This document shows positions 8,260-16,742 of a DNA stretch of 34,885 bases, one piece after another. Made by a program: the position numbers and the translations under genes. The notes under the pieces are model-generated. The model was given only the letters and a program-made list of their open reading frames with translations, ran no database searches and had not been told where the DNA came from. The DNA is from an uncultured virus (IMG/VR IMGVR_UViG_3300030060_003999) (taxonomy: Duplodnaviria > Heunggongvirae > Uroviricota > Caudoviricetes). Position 1 is the stretch's first letter. The number at the start of each line of letters is the position of its first letter. Where the stretch lies: IMG/VR virus record IMGVR_UViG_3300030060_003999, positions 62,001 to 96,885 of that record. One strand, given 5' to 3'.

Positions 8260-8303
8260 GGGGGAGTCGTTGGTATTTATTTACTGATGGCTTCCCCTTT
8301 TTT
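8260..8303 (+). terminator. Hairpin plus T6 tract downstream of the Ubl gene
   Basis: GGGGGAGTCGTTGGTA/TACTGATGGCTTCCCC 16-bp stem (5 G-U) followed by TTTTTT. Confidence 0.65.
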
Positions 8304-8305
8304 GG

Positions 8306-8695
8306 GTGATGCAACCTGATTTACTCAATTTTATTCACGAAAATGCCCTCCAAATCATGTTAGATTTGAAGGGTTGGAATTACACAAAGAATGCTGTAAT
8401 TCTAAATGACCTTGCGGTAGTAAAACCCGATTTCTACCCCGACAATTTTATCCTTGCTACTGGTCGCAAGGGGTATATTTATGCGCTCGGTGAGAGTCGC
8501 ATAGAATACGCAGGGAAGACCTATTCATCTACGGATGAATTGCTATCATCCTGCGGAAATGAAGCGTTAAAGGACTTCATAAACTGGAAGTTTCTAATGG
8601 AAAAAGAGTGGGTGATTACTGATGGTAATAGAAAGTTTATTTGCTCTTTTACTACATTAGACCAACTTCCCAAAAGAACCAAACATAGGTGTTAA
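8306..8695 (+). CDS. Hypothetical protein
   Basis: ORF abutting the RNR gene; start uncertain. Confidence 0.7.
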   Translation: MMQPDLLNFIHENALQIMLDLKGWNYTKNAVILNDLAVVKPDFYPDNFILATGRKGYIYALGESRIEYAGKTYSSTDELLSSCGNEALKDFINWKFLMEKEWVITDGNRKFICSFTTLDQLPKRTKHRC

Positions 8696-8697
8696 TT

Positions 8698-10563
8698 ATG
8701 GAACAAGCCCCAAATAAAAAAATATTATCCGATATTACTGTGCATATGAAATACGCAAAGTATAAGCCTGAATTAGAAAGAAGAGAAACATGGGAGGAAA
8801 TCTGCCAAAGAAATATGGATATGCACATTAAAACATATCCTCAACTTGAATCAGATATTAAAGATGTTTACAAGCATTTTGTCTTGCCAAAGAAAGTATT
8901 GCCGTCTATGCGTTCAATGCAGTTTGGTGGTAAGCCAGTAGAAATTTCTCCTAATAGAGTTTATAATTGTGCTTATATGCCAATAGATTCACACATAGCA
9001 TTTAGTGAGGCTATGTTCTTATTACTCGGTGGAACAGGAGTTGGATATTCTGTTCAAAGACACCATGTTGAATTAATGAAAGAAATTCAAAAACCAAACC
9101 TAAACCGTCAAAGAAGATATTTAGTTAATGATTCTATTGAGGGTTGGGCTGATGCAGTAAAGGTTCTAATGGAATGTTATACTGGTATTAGAACATCAAG
9201 CCCTATATTTGATTATTCAGATATTAGACCTAAAGGAAGTTTATTAAAAACTTCTGGAGGAAAAGCACCTGGAAGTCAGCCATTAAGAAAGTGTTTAGTT
9301 TTAATTGAAAACTTACTACAAAACATTCCTAATGGAACTAAGTTAAGTCCTATTCAAGCACATGATATTATGTGCCATATTGCTGATGCAGTATTAAGTG
9401 GTGGAATTAGGAGAGCAGCGATGATTAGTTTGTTTTCTGCTGATGACCATGAAATGATTGCTTGTAAATCTGGTAGTTGGTGGGAAACAAATCCACAAAG
9501 AGGTAGAGCAAACAATTCAGCAGTATTACTACGACATAGAGTAACTAAAGAATTCTTTATGGATTTGTGGAATAGAATTAAAGCGTCAGGAAGCGGAGAA
9601 CCTGGAATTTATTTTAATAATGATAAAGACTGGGGAACTAATCCTTGTTGTGAGATTGCGCTACGACCATATCAATTCTGTAATTTAACAGAAGTTAATG
9701 CCTCAGATGTTGTAGACCAAGCAGATTTAGAATCAAGAGTTTCAGCCGCAGCGTTTTTAGGAACATTACAGGCTGGATATACTGATTTTCATTATTTAAG
9801 AGAAGTATGGCGCAAAGCAACAGAAAAAGATGCTTTATTGGGAGTATCTATGACTGGTATTGCTTCTAATGTTGTTGAGCATTTAGATTTAGAAATGGCC
9901 GCTTATGAAGTAAAGAAAGAAAATGAAAAGGTTGCTAAGATAATTGGTATTAATCCTGCTCAAAGAACAACCTGCGTTAAACCTGCTGGAACTACAAGTC
10001 TTGTTTTAGGAACAAGTAGTGGTATTCATGCTTGGCATAATGATTATTATATTCGTAGGCTTAGAGTTGGAAAGAATGAAGCGATTTATGGCTACCTTTC
10101 AAGAGAACACCCTGAATTAGTTGAAGATGAATTCTTTAACCCAACAGAACAAGCAGTTATTAGTATTCCTCAACAAGCACCTAAAGATGCAATTACCCGA
10201 CACGAATCAGTATTTGATTTATTAGAGCGTGTAAAGAACTTTAGTATTCGTTGGGTAAGAGCAGGACATAATGATGGATTAAATACCCACAATGTTTCAG
10301 CAACTATTTCTATTAAAGACAATGAATGGGAAAGAGTAGCCGATTGGATGTGGTTAAACCGACATTATTACAATGGTTTGTCTGTTTTGCCGTATGATGG
10401 CGGAACATATACTCAAGCACCATTTGAAGACTGTAATGCTGAAATTTACCATAACTTAAGTAAATCATTAACAGAAGTTGATTTAACTAAAGTAATTGAA
10501 ACTCAAGATAATACAGACCTGTCAGGCGAAATAGCCTGTGCAGGAGGACAATGCGAAATATAA
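8698..10563 (+). CDS. nrdJ: Class II (adenosylcobalamin-dependent) ribonucleotide reductase, monomeric RTPR-type
   Basis: YNCAY, GTGVGYSV, KTSGGKAPG, RRAAMI, TNPCCEI (NPCxE), CVKPAGTTS, C-terminal CAGGQC; no beta-subunit gene nearby. Confidence 0.92.
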   Translation: MEQAPNKKILSDITVHMKYAKYKPELERRETWEEICQRNMDMHIKTYPQLESDIKDVYKHFVLPKKVLPSMRSMQFGGKPVEISPNRVYNCAYMPIDSHIAFSEAMFLLLGGTGVGYSVQRHHVELMKEIQKPNLNRQRRYLVNDSIEGWADAVKVLMECYTGIRTSSPIFDYSDIRPKGSLLKTSGGKAPGSQPLRKCLVLIENLLQNIPNGTKLSPIQAHDIMCHIADAVLSGGIRRAAMISLFSADDHEMIACKSGSWWETNPQRGRANNSAVLLRHRVTKEFFMDLWNRIKASGSGEPGIYFNNDKDWGTNPCCEIALRPYQFCNLTEVNASDVVDQADLESRVSAAAFLGTLQAGYTDFHYLREVWRKATEKDALLGVSMTGIASNVVEHLDLEMAAYEVKKENEKVAKIIGINPAQRTTCVKPAGTTSLVLGTSSGIHAWHNDYYIRRLRVGKNEAIYGYLSREHPELVEDEFFNPTEQAVISIPQQAPKDAITRHESVFDLLERVKNFSIRWVRAGHNDGLNTHNVSATISIKDNEWERVADWMWLNRHYYNGLSVLPYDGGTYTQAPFEDCNAEIYHNLSKSLTEVDLTKVIETQDNTDLSGEIACAGGQCEI

Positions 10564-10575
10564 GGAAGTGAACAA

Positions 10576-10950
10576 ATGAGAAACCTCTTCAAAAGTTATG
10601 AAGAGTGTGAATCAGTAATAATAAAAATGTGTAAGGGACTCTCCGATGAGTCTATAAATAAGATAAGATTAGCAATAAATGTCTGCGAGTCATTAATGTA
10701 TGACAAGGACAAAATATTTAGATTAACACAAACATACATACAACAATTATGGGATATACCTGAAGCCGTTAATACTGGCTTTCATAAATATTTTAGACAG
10801 GAAGCAATCAAACAAAAGAAACTATTGCAGTATCATAAGAAACATTGTCCAAAAACATACGAATGTAAGGTCTGTGAAACAATGAATATAAATATAAATA
10901 AATTGAGGAATGCCAATGAAAGAAAAAGACCCAAATTATGTATCAAATAA
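10576..10950 (+). CDS. Hypothetical protein with Cys/His cluster
   Basis: GGAAGTGA RBS; HC...CKVC. Confidence 0.7.
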   Translation: MRNLFKSYEECESVIIKMCKGLSDESINKIRLAINVCESLMYDKDKIFRLTQTYIQQLWDIPEAVNTGFHKYFRQEAIKQKKLLQYHKKHCPKTYECKVCETMNININKLRNANERKRPKLCIK

Positions 10951-11077
10951 AAGAAAAAACTCAAAAATCGCTACTCGTTGTAGAGTATGCGGTGAACCTC
11001 TCTTGATTGCTCAAGAGATTAAGCGTGAGATTCACGAATCTTGCGATAAAGATAATAGCAATATGTATATGATGTGA
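10910..11077 (+). CDS. Small Zn-finger protein (55 aa, not in ORF track)
   Basis: CRVCGEPL...HESC; fills the gap before 11082. Confidence 0.6.
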   Translation: MPMKEKDPNYVSNKRKNSKIATRCRVCGEPLLIAQEIKREIHESCDKDNSNMYMM

Positions 11078-11081
11078 TATT

Positions 11082-12257
11082 ATGGCAACAATAAGAATAT
11101 CAAAACCCGATGATAGTAATGAAACCTATCAAACAGAAATTACCTGTGAAACATTTAGATTCATGGATAATCATGTTTCTTATGATAGAAGCGCACTTGA
11201 CCCGCTACAATCAGGATTAGAAAAATATTGGAGAAGTATTCTTTCTCCTAAGAATCGTAGGTATCACACAAGAAACTTTGGCTTTGGAAGAACTTTTAGT
11301 CATTTAGTTATGATTAATGGTTGTCCTGTTCTATTGGCGAGGGAAGGCATTAGATACGAAGTAAATGGTAAATCATACAATTTAGCGAATGTTGCATCTG
11401 CTTTAGCAAGATTAACTTTTAAATCTTGTTTTGAAAATGAACCTTCTAAGTTATTGTCTGCTCTTTACTCAACTTTGTCTTTACCAGAAAATGTAAAGTA
11501 TTGTTTAGAGAATAAAGCCCCTTATCATTGGTATGAACTAATGGAGAGCGACGACCCAATTAAAGTTCGTCTTAATTGTCAGCAAATTGGCGACAATGAA
11601 ATCGCTATGGAAGTAAGTGATGGCGTTTGGGGAACAATTACAGTAAAACAATTAGATGTATTCTGTAATTATTATAAGAACGATAAAAATAGAGGAAGTT
11701 GGGTTGATACTTCTCCCGAACAATTATACGAAAGAACGGTTGGAAAAGAACCAACAGAATCACAAGTAGAAGTAATGAAAGCATTTCTAAAACAGAACAG
11801 AACATCTGATTTAGTTGAGCGTAGGGCTATTCAATTAGTTAATGAGTTGCTTGAACAATATCCCGACAGACTAAGTGCTGAATGGGATGGAGAAGTATTA
11901 GATAACATCATAGTCAAAGGAAAAGATTATGATTGGAAACTATCTAATAATAAATACAAGTCCGATATTCAAATGGTTTCAACTTATGTTTGGCAACCAA
12001 CTAAAGAAAAGAAAGCAGTTGGTGTAGATGAAGAAGATAATACTATTTATGAAACTATTTTCTCAGAACCAACTTGGCAAGGGCCGATTTGTATAGATAA
12101 TATGGCTAAAGGTTCTTCTTTGGGCGACCAATTCGCAGCAAGAGCATTAGCCTTGTTAAATGACAGATTTACTATTACTATTGTTAATACAATTAAGCGA
12201 TATTTACTCGCTAATCCTAATGAATATAGAGTTGATGAAAATGAAAATATGCGATGA
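11082..12257 (+). CDS. Hypothetical protein; C-terminal GPICID motif (speculative E2-like catalytic Cys)
   Basis: 391-aa ORF overlapping the TFB start; the ORF is secure but the function is not. Confidence 0.8.
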   Translation: MATIRISKPDDSNETYQTEITCETFRFMDNHVSYDRSALDPLQSGLEKYWRSILSPKNRRYHTRNFGFGRTFSHLVMINGCPVLLAREGIRYEVNGKSYNLANVASALARLTFKSCFENEPSKLLSALYSTLSLPENVKYCLENKAPYHWYELMESDDPIKVRLNCQQIGDNEIAMEVSDGVWGTITVKQLDVFCNYYKNDKNRGSWVDTSPEQLYERTVGKEPTESQVEVMKAFLKQNRTSDLVERRAIQLVNELLEQYPDRLSAEWDGEVLDNIIVKGKDYDWKLSNNKYKSDIQMVSTYVWQPTKEKKAVGVDEEDNTIYETIFSEPTWQGPICIDNMAKGSSLGDQFAARALALLNDRFTITIVNTIKRYLLANPNEYRVDENENMR

Positions 12258-13086
12258 ATGCGGAAGCACAGAAACAGAATATAATGAACAATTGGGCGAA
12301 ACCTGTTGCGTTGTATGTGGCTTAGTTATAGTCACGGAAATGTTTGAGGAAACAGTTCGTATTGTTGAAAATGGAGTAAATGTTGCTTCATCAGATAATG
12401 GGCGTTTAGGTTCAGTTATTACTGGACAAGGCTCATATAAATTCAATCGTTGGGGAAAAGATAGTGTCTTTCCTAAGAAAGTAATTGAAGGTTTTTATCA
12501 TTGTAATATGGTATTAAGTAATGTTGCTCCTCAAATGAAACTAAAAGCAAGAGTAGAAGAATTGTATCTTCTTTTCTTAAACAAAGGTTTGTTTGGAAGA
12601 ACAACTTACGAAGCAAGAGGAACTGCTGTTGTTTATTACGCATTACTTGAAAATGGAACTCAACACTCAATTAAAGAAGTGAGTGAAGAATTTCCTGATT
12701 CAATGAAAAGTGCTAAGAAACTAATTAGAAAGATTAAACAATTTTCGGGAACAAAGAAACTTCCTTACAATCCAAGATATAGATTGTTAAGAACAGTTGC
12801 TAAAGTTTCTCCTGATGATTTAGCCTTTAGAAGAGAAGCAGAAAATACTCTTGAGTATTTTGAATCAGTCATTAATAAGACTGGTGATTTTACAAAGTCG
12901 CCCAGTTATTATGAAGCAATTTGTTGGATTACTGTAAATAAAATGGTTCATCCAACTCTTCAAAGACAAATTATATCTGAAAAGACAGGTGTAAGCGAAA
13001 AGACAATTTACTTAGAAACTAAGAAACTATTAGGTTTAATTGGTTATAAAGTAGCCCAAGATGTAAAGGGCAAACAATTATGGTGA
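12241..13086 (+). CDS. tfb: Transcription factor B (TFB/TFIIB) homologue
   Basis: N-terminal Zn ribbon CDECGS...GETCCVVCGLV; cyclin-repeat features (LFGRTTYEARGTAVVYYAL...SIKEVS; QRQIISEKTGVSEKTIY). Confidence 0.85.
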   Translation: MKICDECGSTETEYNEQLGETCCVVCGLVIVTEMFEETVRIVENGVNVASSDNGRLGSVITGQGSYKFNRWGKDSVFPKKVIEGFYHCNMVLSNVAPQMKLKARVEELYLLFLNKGLFGRTTYEARGTAVVYYALLENGTQHSIKEVSEEFPDSMKSAKKLIRKIKQFSGTKKLPYNPRYRLLRTVAKVSPDDLAFRREAENTLEYFESVINKTGDFTKSPSYYEAICWITVNKMVHPTLQRQIISEKTGVSEKTIYLETKKLLGLIGYKVAQDVKGKQLW

Positions 13087-13090
13087 TAAT

Positions 13091-13414
13091 ATGTTTGAAA
13101 AAGAATGGAATAAAATAGCAAAAGAAGTATATAAGAATGCAGTTAATCATGGATTCTGGAAAGAAGAAGTAAATGATGGAGAAAGAATGGCTTTAATTCA
13201 TGCCGAGATTAGCGAAGCATTAGAAGCATTAAGAGAGGGTAATCCCTCATCAAATAAGATTATGGAATTTACTAATCTTGAAGAAGAATTAGCAGATGCG
13301 GTAATTCGTATAATGGATTACGCATTTGGTAAGGATTTAGATATAGCGGGTGCGATTCTCGCTAAGTTAGAATATAACAAAAGCCGTGAGTTTATGCATG
13401 GTAAATCGTTTTAA
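13091..13414 (+). CDS. MazG-like NTP pyrophosphohydrolase
   Basis: ALIHAEISEALEA...EEELADAVIRIMD...KLEYNKSR. Confidence 0.88.
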   Translation: MFEKEWNKIAKEVYKNAVNHGFWKEEVNDGERMALIHAEISEALEALREGNPSSNKIMEFTNLEEELADAVIRIMDYAFGKDLDIAGAILAKLEYNKSREFMHGKSF

Positions 13415-13427
13415 GGAGAGAATAAAT

Positions 13428-13985
13428 ATGAGAAAAATATTAATTATTGGAGCAGGTGGAATTGGGTCATTTTTGATTCAGTTCTTAAATAAAGTTGAAT
13501 TATATGATATTACGGTGGCTGACCCTGATACGGTAGAAACAAAGAATCTACCCTATCAAAACTTCAAGAGTGGAGATGTTTCTATAAATAAAGCAGTAGT
13601 TATGTTTGGGCGTTTTGATTCTGTCAAAAAATGCTCGGAATATCCTATTCTAACTGAAAAACAAATGAAAGGATATGATTTGATTATCTGTTGTGTGGAT
13701 AACCTTTCAGTAAGGAGAACCTTATACAACACAAGTCTTAAATGGCTTGACCTAAGAGCGCAAGGTAGAAACTGTGCGCTTGTGAGTCATAAAGCCGACC
13801 CTAAAATGTATGATATGCTTTTAGCAGGTGAAGAAGGCTCATTTAGTTGTCAAGGAGATTCATGGGATGGAACAAATACAGGTGTTCAATTCATGCAAAT
13901 AGCAATTGCAGGAATAGGCGCACAATGGATTCAAAGATATTTCAATGATGAACAAGTAAAAGAATATATGGTGCTAAATGCATGA
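13428..13985 (+). CDS. E1-like (ThiF/MoeB family) Ubl-activating enzyme, minimal form
   Basis: ILIIGAGGIGS nucleotide-binding loop; DPDTVETKNL; NKA; CCVDNLSVRR; WLDLR; SCQ candidate catalytic Cys; AAGGAG RBS before ATG 13428. Confidence 0.88.
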   Translation: MRKILIIGAGGIGSFLIQFLNKVELYDITVADPDTVETKNLPYQNFKSGDVSINKAVVMFGRFDSVKKCSEYPILTEKQMKGYDLIICCVDNLSVRRTLYNTSLKWLDLRAQGRNCALVSHKADPKMYDMLLAGEEGSFSCQGDSWDGTNTGVQFMQIAIAGIGAQWIQRYFNDEQVKEYMVLNA

Positions 13986-14015
13986 AAACAAAAAAAAACA
14001 ATGGAAGTGAAAATT

Positions 14016-15119
14016 ATGAATAATAGATGGACAAAAGAACAAGAAGCATACCTCTTAATTAAAAGGGAAGAAAGGATTCCCTATCAAACAATTAGTGAGT
14101 TAATGGAAACAAAGTTTGGTATTAAGCGTAGTGCTAACACTATTGCTGCTAAATACGGAAGCCTTACAAAAGGAGATAAGAAACAAACACGAAAGCCTAT
14201 CAGTTGGAATGAACGGAAGGTTGATTTCGTTTATAGTTGTCTTTGGAATGGTTTGACTTTGGATAGAATCAAAGAGGCTTTTGAGGCCGAATTTGATTAT
14301 AAGTTGAGCAACACACAATTGAAGAATTGTTTGGCAAAGAAGAAGCCTTCGGGTAAAATTCAAGCATTGGCTGAAAAGATGCTAAATCCTGAAAAGCCAA
14401 CCTTTAATCCTCTAAAGGAAGCAAAGAAGGTTGAAGAAGTTGAAGAAGAGAATTGGCGCATTGAGCCAGCAACTCGCAAACAACTTCGTTATCTTGCTTC
14501 ATTGATGAATCCTGATACATACGGAAAAGATTTGTCAAAAATGGCTAAAGGAATGCAGGGTAATTTTACTAAGGGTGAAGCCTGTGATAAAATTGATGAA
14601 TTGCTTTCAATCAACGATACAATCATTGAAGAAGAAATTGCTGAAGAAAGACCACGAAACATTAGGCCGTTGGTATCTGAGCAACCAACAGATATTGAAG
14701 TATTTGTTGAGAAGCATGGTAATCCAAAAACCCGTCATCTTTCAAAGAACGAAAAGAAAATGCTACTTGAGTTGAATGAACAAATTAAGAGTCTTGATGA
14801 ACAAATTCAACCAATTGAATTTACAAGAGAACAAGATATGTATTTGCTTATTAACTGGCATACAATGTCAATTGATGAAGCAAGAGAATACTTTGAAATG
14901 CCTTATTATCTACTCGCAAAGCGTTTAGAATTGGTGATTGATAGCACAGAACCTTATCATATTGACTTACTTATGGAGGCCGCTAAAGCGATTTCAGCCC
15001 GTAAGGAACAAGAGGATGCAATCAAGAATATGGGCTACTGGAAGCGCAGGAAACTGCGAAAACAGGAGAAGAAAGTGGCTAAGTTGGAGAAGAAACTCAA
15101 GCGAATGAGAGGTGAATAA
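14016..15119 (+). CDS. Multi-domain DNA-binding protein with Myb/SANT-like HTH repeats
   Basis: RWTKEQEAYL, SWNERKVDFV and FTREQDMYLL repeat starts; internal PATRKQLRYL module; basic C-terminal coiled coil. Confidence 0.6.
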   Translation: MNNRWTKEQEAYLLIKREERIPYQTISELMETKFGIKRSANTIAAKYGSLTKGDKKQTRKPISWNERKVDFVYSCLWNGLTLDRIKEAFEAEFDYKLSNTQLKNCLAKKKPSGKIQALAEKMLNPEKPTFNPLKEAKKVEEVEEENWRIEPATRKQLRYLASLMNPDTYGKDLSKMAKGMQGNFTKGEACDKIDELLSINDTIIEEEIAEERPRNIRPLVSEQPTDIEVFVEKHGNPKTRHLSKNEKKMLLELNEQIKSLDEQIQPIEFTREQDMYLLINWHTMSIDEAREYFEMPYYLLAKRLELVIDSTEPYHIDLLMEAAKAISARKEQEDAIKNMGYWKRRKLRKQEKKVAKLEKKLKRMRGE

Positions 15120-15120
15120 A

Positions 15121-15750
15121 ATGGGTAAAAATTGGTCGGCTGATGAATGCACTAAATGTGGTAATTTGATTTATTATGGAGGAAAAAATCCTTGTTGTGA
15201 TGAACCTTCTGAAGAAGAAATGCTCCATCATCTTGAAGAATTAGACCGAAAGCGGGAAAGGGCTGAATTGTATATATTAAATGCATACAATGAAATATTG
15301 GAACAACAACTTTCTTCTTGTGCAGGTTCAAAAGAAAATTTAATTGATGTGGCTATGCATGATTTAGATTTTCATGCTGCTATTTGGGAGGCTTCAACAG
15401 AAATACTACCTGCTTTAGAAGTTCAAGTCGTTATTGATGGTAAGAACAATTGTTTCGTAACAACTGGTTCTTCAGGTTATGTTGAATTTGGAATGAAACC
15501 TCCTGTTGGTATGACTTTACCGATTAGATGCTGGATTCATACTCATCCATTTGGTTCTGCCTATTTTAGCGGAACAGACATTAGAACTGTTTCTATTTGG
15601 GAAACAAATATGGAATGTGCTTATGTTCTTGGTGGAGAAGGTCATTACGGTTATTGGAATCAAACAAATCCAAAACAACTTGAAATTTACAGAAACAAAG
15701 ATGATGTTGAAAGAATTCAAACTTGGAAAAAGGGAGATGAAGAAGAATGA
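15121..15750 (+). CDS. JAB/MPN+ (JAMM) metalloprotease
   Basis: LEVQV Glu plus WIHTHPFGSAYFSGTD (HxH-x7-S-x2-D); N-terminal CTKC...CC; GAGGTGA RBS. Confidence 0.88.
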   Translation: MGKNWSADECTKCGNLIYYGGKNPCCDEPSEEEMLHHLEELDRKRERAELYILNAYNEILEQQLSSCAGSKENLIDVAMHDLDFHAAIWEASTEILPALEVQVVIDGKNNCFVTTGSSGYVEFGMKPPVGMTLPIRCWIHTHPFGSAYFSGTDIRTVSIWETNMECAYVLGGEGHYGYWNQTNPKQLEIYRNKDDVERIQTWKKGDEEE

Positions 15751-16022
15751 GAAATAAAAGAAAATACGGAGAAACAGATTTTGCACAGGAGATTAAGCCA
15801 CGAATGACTTTGTTAGAAAGAACAAAGGCTCATCAATTGCGTCATCCTAATGATAAAAACGAAAAGAGAACAGACAAGGGAATTACTTGGTCTAAAAAGA
15901 CTGAAAAGGATAAAGTCCTTGATGAGTTTCATAAGACCCATATTTACACTTATGTAGATGTAAATATGAATAAAGGTTGGGTTCGTGTAGCAACAAATGA
16001 TGAAGTAGGTGAAGAAGAATGA
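15747..16022 (+). CDS. Hypothetical protein
   Basis: ATGA-coupled ORF. Confidence 0.75.
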   Translation: MRNKRKYGETDFAQEIKPRMTLLERTKAHQLRHPNDKNEKRTDKGITWSKKTEKDKVLDEFHKTHIYTYVDVNMNKGWVRVATNDEVGEEE

Positions 16023-16381
16023 GTTGGGAATACCGAGAAATTATTAATTGGTTGAAAGAATTTCACCCTGATATTTATGAGAAGTGGTATATTCATACTA
16101 AGCCTAAAAGAGATAGAGAAGAAGCAAAATTGAATGCAAAGATTAGTGAAGTTCAAAATTGGCTTGATGATTTAAAAGACCATCCTCGCTGGAAAACACA
16201 GGAAGAATGGCGAAAAGCGATTCAACTTTGCATTGATGAAATTAATAGTAATGATGATTATGATACAAGACAAAATTACTGGAATGGTATTAAGGCTTTA
16301 GCGGGTCGTCATCCTGAATTCCCCACAAGAAGGGCTGTATTCAATAATACTCATTGGCAAGAAAGGAGTGAAGAAGAATGA
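16019..16381 (+). CDS. Hypothetical protein
   Basis: ATGA-coupled ORF. Confidence 0.75.
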   Translation: MSWEYREIINWLKEFHPDIYEKWYIHTKPKRDREEAKLNAKISEVQNWLDDLKDHPRWKTQEEWRKAIQLCIDEINSNDDYDTRQNYWNGIKALAGRHPEFPTRRAVFNNTHWQERSEEE

Positions 16382-16527
16382 ATGCAGAATATGACAAAAT
16401 AGTTGCAGAATATGACAAAATAGTAGCATTACTTATTGAAAACCATTTTGTTGAGACTAGTCCTTATGAGACTATCAAGCACTTGATTGAAACACATCAA
16501 GATTACAAAGAAGGTGAAGAAGAATGA
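16378..16527 (+). CDS. Hypothetical protein (49 aa, not in ORF track) with in-frame 21-nt tandem duplication
   Basis: MNAEYDKIVAEYDKIVALL...; TGCAGAATATGACAAAATAGT x2 at 16383-16424; ATGA overlaps at both ends. Confidence 0.65.
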   Translation: MNAEYDKIVAEYDKIVALLIENHFVETSPYETIKHLIETHQDYKEGEEE

Positions 16528-16742
16528 AAGCAGTTGGTGAATATGCAATTGTTGTAATTGAGAATACAACGAATAGTTCTGGTATTCAAATTAAAAACGA
16601 TGGAGAAGGCACTTGTATTTCTTGTCCTAAATATCCTGAGATAGAAGGAAAGTCAATTGTTTTTGATACAAACCAAACTTATGCAGAAGTATCTGGATAT
16701 ATGATTATGCATAGTAGTTTTATTATGGCGGTGATTGAATGA
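16524..16742 (+). CDS. groES: GroES-like co-chaperonin (divergent, 72 aa)
   Basis: TTNSSGIQI mobile-loop-like segment; GKSIVF...AEV..Y.IM...IMAVIE; directly upstream of GroEL. Confidence 0.7.
   Translation: MKAVGEYAIVVIENTTNSSGIQIKNDGEGTCISCPKYPEIEGKSIVFDTNQTYAEVSGYMIMHSSFIMAVIE

Noticed and set aside
8016..13985. Ubl plus ThiF as thiamine/molybdopterin auxiliary metabolic genes or tRNA thiolation machinery
   Set aside because: No ThiG, MoaE or thiouridylase in the window, and the encoded tRNAs (Leu, Arg) are not the usual wobble 2-thiolation substrates. Disfavoured rather than excluded, because the rest of the genome is unseen.
16383..16424. 21-nt tandem repeat as CRISPR-like or regulatory array
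   Set aside because: Two adjacent copies with no spacer, in frame within a small ORF; a simple duplication.
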